Shown one piece after another: positions 61,384 through 64,000 of a stretch of DNA of 64,000 bases. The stretch spans positions 15,594,485-15,658,484 of the forward strand of contig NC_134027.1 in NCBI RefSeq assembly GCF_964204645.1, written 5' to 3'. Numbering within the stretch: the first letter of the stretch is position 1; each line of letters starts with the position of its first letter. The position numbers were made by a program, and so were the translations under genes. The notes below the pieces were generated by a model that saw nothing but the letters and a program-made list of their open reading frames with translations, did no database searches and was not told where the DNA came from. This DNA is from Tubulanus polymorphus. Its lineage: Eukaryota; Animalia; Nemertea.

Positions 61384-61710
61384 TTAATCAACAATTTCTA
61401 AATCATGATGACCGTCTTCATTTTTCCCATGATATATTATTTTAAATCCTACTAAATCTTTCAATTCCTCTGTACTCAATGAAACCCATTTATCGGGTAA
61501 AAACACTTTAAATTCTCGTGATGTACTAACATTACAGTAGCTTAAATTAGCTAATACTTTCTCTCCATATTTAGTTTTTATCTTTTCTAATTTCAATATC
61601 TTATGTTCAATTTCTTTTGTAACATCAACTAACTTTTTTATTTCAAATTGTTTTTTTGTTGGTTTAATTCTGTTATTTATTGTTGCTAAGAATGCTTTTC
61701 TATCTCCCAT
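61384..61710 (-). CDS. Small conserved Polinton protein (possible OB-fold SSB)
   Basis: IKKLVDV...TKYGEKVLANL...FKVFLPDKW...YHGKNEDGHHDLEI; homolog of 17407-17760. The start codon lies inside the right TIR. Confidence 0.68.
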   Translation of the reverse strand: MGDRKAFLATINNRIKPTKKQFEIKKLVDVTKEIEHKILKLEKIKTKYGEKVLANLSYCNVSTSREFKVFLPDKWVSLSTEELKDLVGFKIIYHGKNEDGHHDLEIVD

Positions 61711-61944
61711 TTATTAGGGAAAAAAATTACTTGTGGTGATGAGTGGTGTCTAGTACTCTAGTACTCTGATCTGAAACCCACATCTTCCAATTACTCTCAT
61801 CGGCACTGCATTGGCCCATATTTTTTACCGATGAATGACCAATGAACCAACACAATGAGCCAATGAATTCCCAATGAAATACCTATATTTATCCAATGAA
61901 ATGCCATTTATATTCCAGAAGTCAGCCAATGATTTGCCATCCAA

Positions 61945-64000
61945 GAACTCGTAAAAAATAATAAATAAATTCTCGCACGCTCGAATTTATTTTTACTTTT
62001 TACTCACTCGCCCCTTCAACCTTTATGAACCCCCATATTCCCTTAATTACTTAATTACTTTATTCCCATAATTACTTTAGTATTCATATATATGAAAAAC
62101 ATATACATGAATAACATATTTAAATGAATAACTTCAAAAATCAATTTTAATAAAAAATATGTTATCAAAATGGAGAGTTAACAAGTACACAAATCATTTT
62201 TAAATAGAATGAAAGATATCATTTATTTAGTAAAAAAATTATGTATTTATATAGGAGGAATATATTTTTGTTTTTCTAAATAATCAATTGTTAAATTAGA
62301 TAAAGTTACTGCTAATGTTAATTTTAAAATATCATTGATATCAAATTTATCAACATTAATACTTCCCATTCTAAATACTTTTTTTAATACCATTGTATAA
62401 CCAACAGTTCCCACTGATAATAATGCTCCATTATATAAACCAGTTATTATCCACTTCTGATCCGCCATTTATTTAGAAAAAAATTACTATCTTCAAAATA
62501 TTTAGTTATCTTAGTTATAATTATTTCAACATTTATAGTATTATTAGTTTCATTTTCATATATTTCAGTTATCATTCTTTTAATATCATCAATGATAAAA
62601 TCTTCATCTAGTTCATAAAATCTTAAAGAATTTGTAGTTAAATCAATTGCTTTTTCTATATCATTATTTTCTTCATTAATCATTGATGCATTATTAAATG
62701 ATTTACTTTTAATATCAGTAATCACATCATTTAGTTTAATTCTCATTTCTTTACCACGTTTAAAATTAAATCCAAAACATATACTTATACTCGGTCCAAC
62801 AGTTATATTCATTTATATAGTGAAAAAATTATTCTTTACATCTTATCACTAATTCATAAATTACAGGAAAATTATTCAAATCAATAAAGTAACCATTGTG
62901 ATTTCTAATTTCTAACTTAAAATTATTAAATTGTGAAATGCAAGGTTTAAAATCACATTCTGTTAAATTATAATTCATTTGCATTCCAAATTCTTTAACG
63001 TTCTTCAGTGGTAGAATATTTAATATACTACTATTAGAAGTTATATCTTTAGTTGCTTCAAATGTTTTTGTAGGATCAATTAAATTCCAATAGATATAGA
63101 AATGTGTGTAAGGTATTAAGTTTGGTATAGCATCAACATTTGAATAAAGTTTATCTGGTGTAATTCCTAACAGTTTAGCTATAGGTTTTTTAACTAAAAA
63201 TTGATATTTTTCACCATGAGTTAACCTAATCCTTATTTTATCAGAACTATCACTTTTTAAAAATCTAATGTAAAACCCAGCATTACTACCTAACTTGAGC
63301 CAGGCTTTTCTATTAATTTCTTGTGACAATGTATCTGAATTCTATAACCCTGGTTTTAGATATAAATGATAGCTTTTATTTTTTTCCTGAACCATAAAAA
63401 ATCTATGATCAATAGTTTTATCCGTTATATTATAAAAATTACATAGACTAATATTTACTAATTTTTAATCTACACAATCTCTAAATTCTCTATCTAATTG
63501 TACAAGTAAATTATGTGATTTATAATTTGTAAGTCTTCTTATAACACAAAAAAATTACCTCGAACCACTAAAAAATAATTTTAAGTAAATTTTTCCTAAA
63601 TAAATATGAGAAGATAGAATGTGAAATTCGTGGTGAACTTCAAAGAAAAAGTAATATGGCTCGACATATGAAAAAACATGATAAAAATTACAAACCCCCT
63701 AAAATAAACTGCCCAAATTGTAATAAATCATTCTCAAGAAATTATGTTAAAAAACATTCAGAGAAGTGTAAAATTAATGACTTAACGGTTAATGTTGATA
63801 GTCACGAAAGTAATAATAATTCTGTTGAAGTTGAACCTGAAATTATTTGGAAAAGACCTTTTTTTATTTTATGACAAGAATAATATAAAAGATCATTTCT
63901 GTGAGCATTGTCGAATAAAATATAGCCCTGAAAATATAGAAGATTGGGAGAATCATCAATTTCGTAAAGCACATATAGATAAAATTTCTCATAAATTTGA
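61945..64000 (-). mobile_element. Third Polinton (P3), opposite orientation, internally deleted, continuing beyond the window
   Basis: P1-like inner TIR sequence at ~62015-62170. Minus-strand homologs of the 73-aa (62247-62468), 121-aa (62447-62812) and penton (62829-~63540, damaged) genes, and a plus-strand VLTF3-like 5' end (~63606-64000). The left boundary is approximate. Confidence 0.85.

Larger units (their letters stand above)
44620..61795. mobile_element. Polinton/Maverick P2, full length (17.2 kb), decayed
   Basis: ~93-bp TIRs (g/aGTAATTGGAAGATGTGGGTTTCAGATCAGAGTACTAGAG...) with a 6-bp TSD CTCATC (44614-19, 61796-801). Encodes pPolB, penton, major capsid protein, integrase and ATPase. 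Confidence 0.95.
44528..61944. mobile_element. Terminal fragment of a CMC-like element (44528-44619 + 61802-61944), split by Polinton P2
   Basis: Starts CCCACGTAACA; ccaatg/ccaaca subterminal repeats continue on both sides of the P2 TSD. Confidence 0.5.

Overview
Eukaryotic (animal-type, AT-rich) nuclear DNA with no recognisable host gene; the window is almost entirely nested mobile DNA. From left to right: (1) 1-9.7 kb holds a HINE/Helentron-type end, small MITEs, and a 6.9-kb GG...CC TIR element that carries a telomere-like (CCCTAA) array and an inserted CMC/EnSpm transposon. (2) 9852-41218 is a Sola2 DNA transposon (ACGG TSD). Its transposase is split by a complete 24.6-kb Polinton/Maverick (P1, 12299-36872, CCTCGC TSD), whose integrase is in turn split by a BEL/Pao LTR retrotransposon (27009-33311). 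(3) 44620-61795 is a second complete Polinton (P2, CTCATC TSD). (4) From ~61945 a third, internally deleted Polinton (P3) runs off the window. Most notable: the P2 protein-primed DNA polymerase carries a ~356-aa LAGLIDADG intein in catalytic motif C (YFD|TD), while P1 has the empty allele. P2 and P3 encode a VLTF3-like (poxvirus/NCLDV late transcription factor) protein, and almost every Polinton gene starts in a poxvirus-late-like TAAATG, which suggests dependence on a large DNA virus. P1 ends are 410-bp fold-backs. Both Polintons share a structured non-coding island. No cysteine protease gene is visible. All family assignments come from motif recognition by eye, not database searches.
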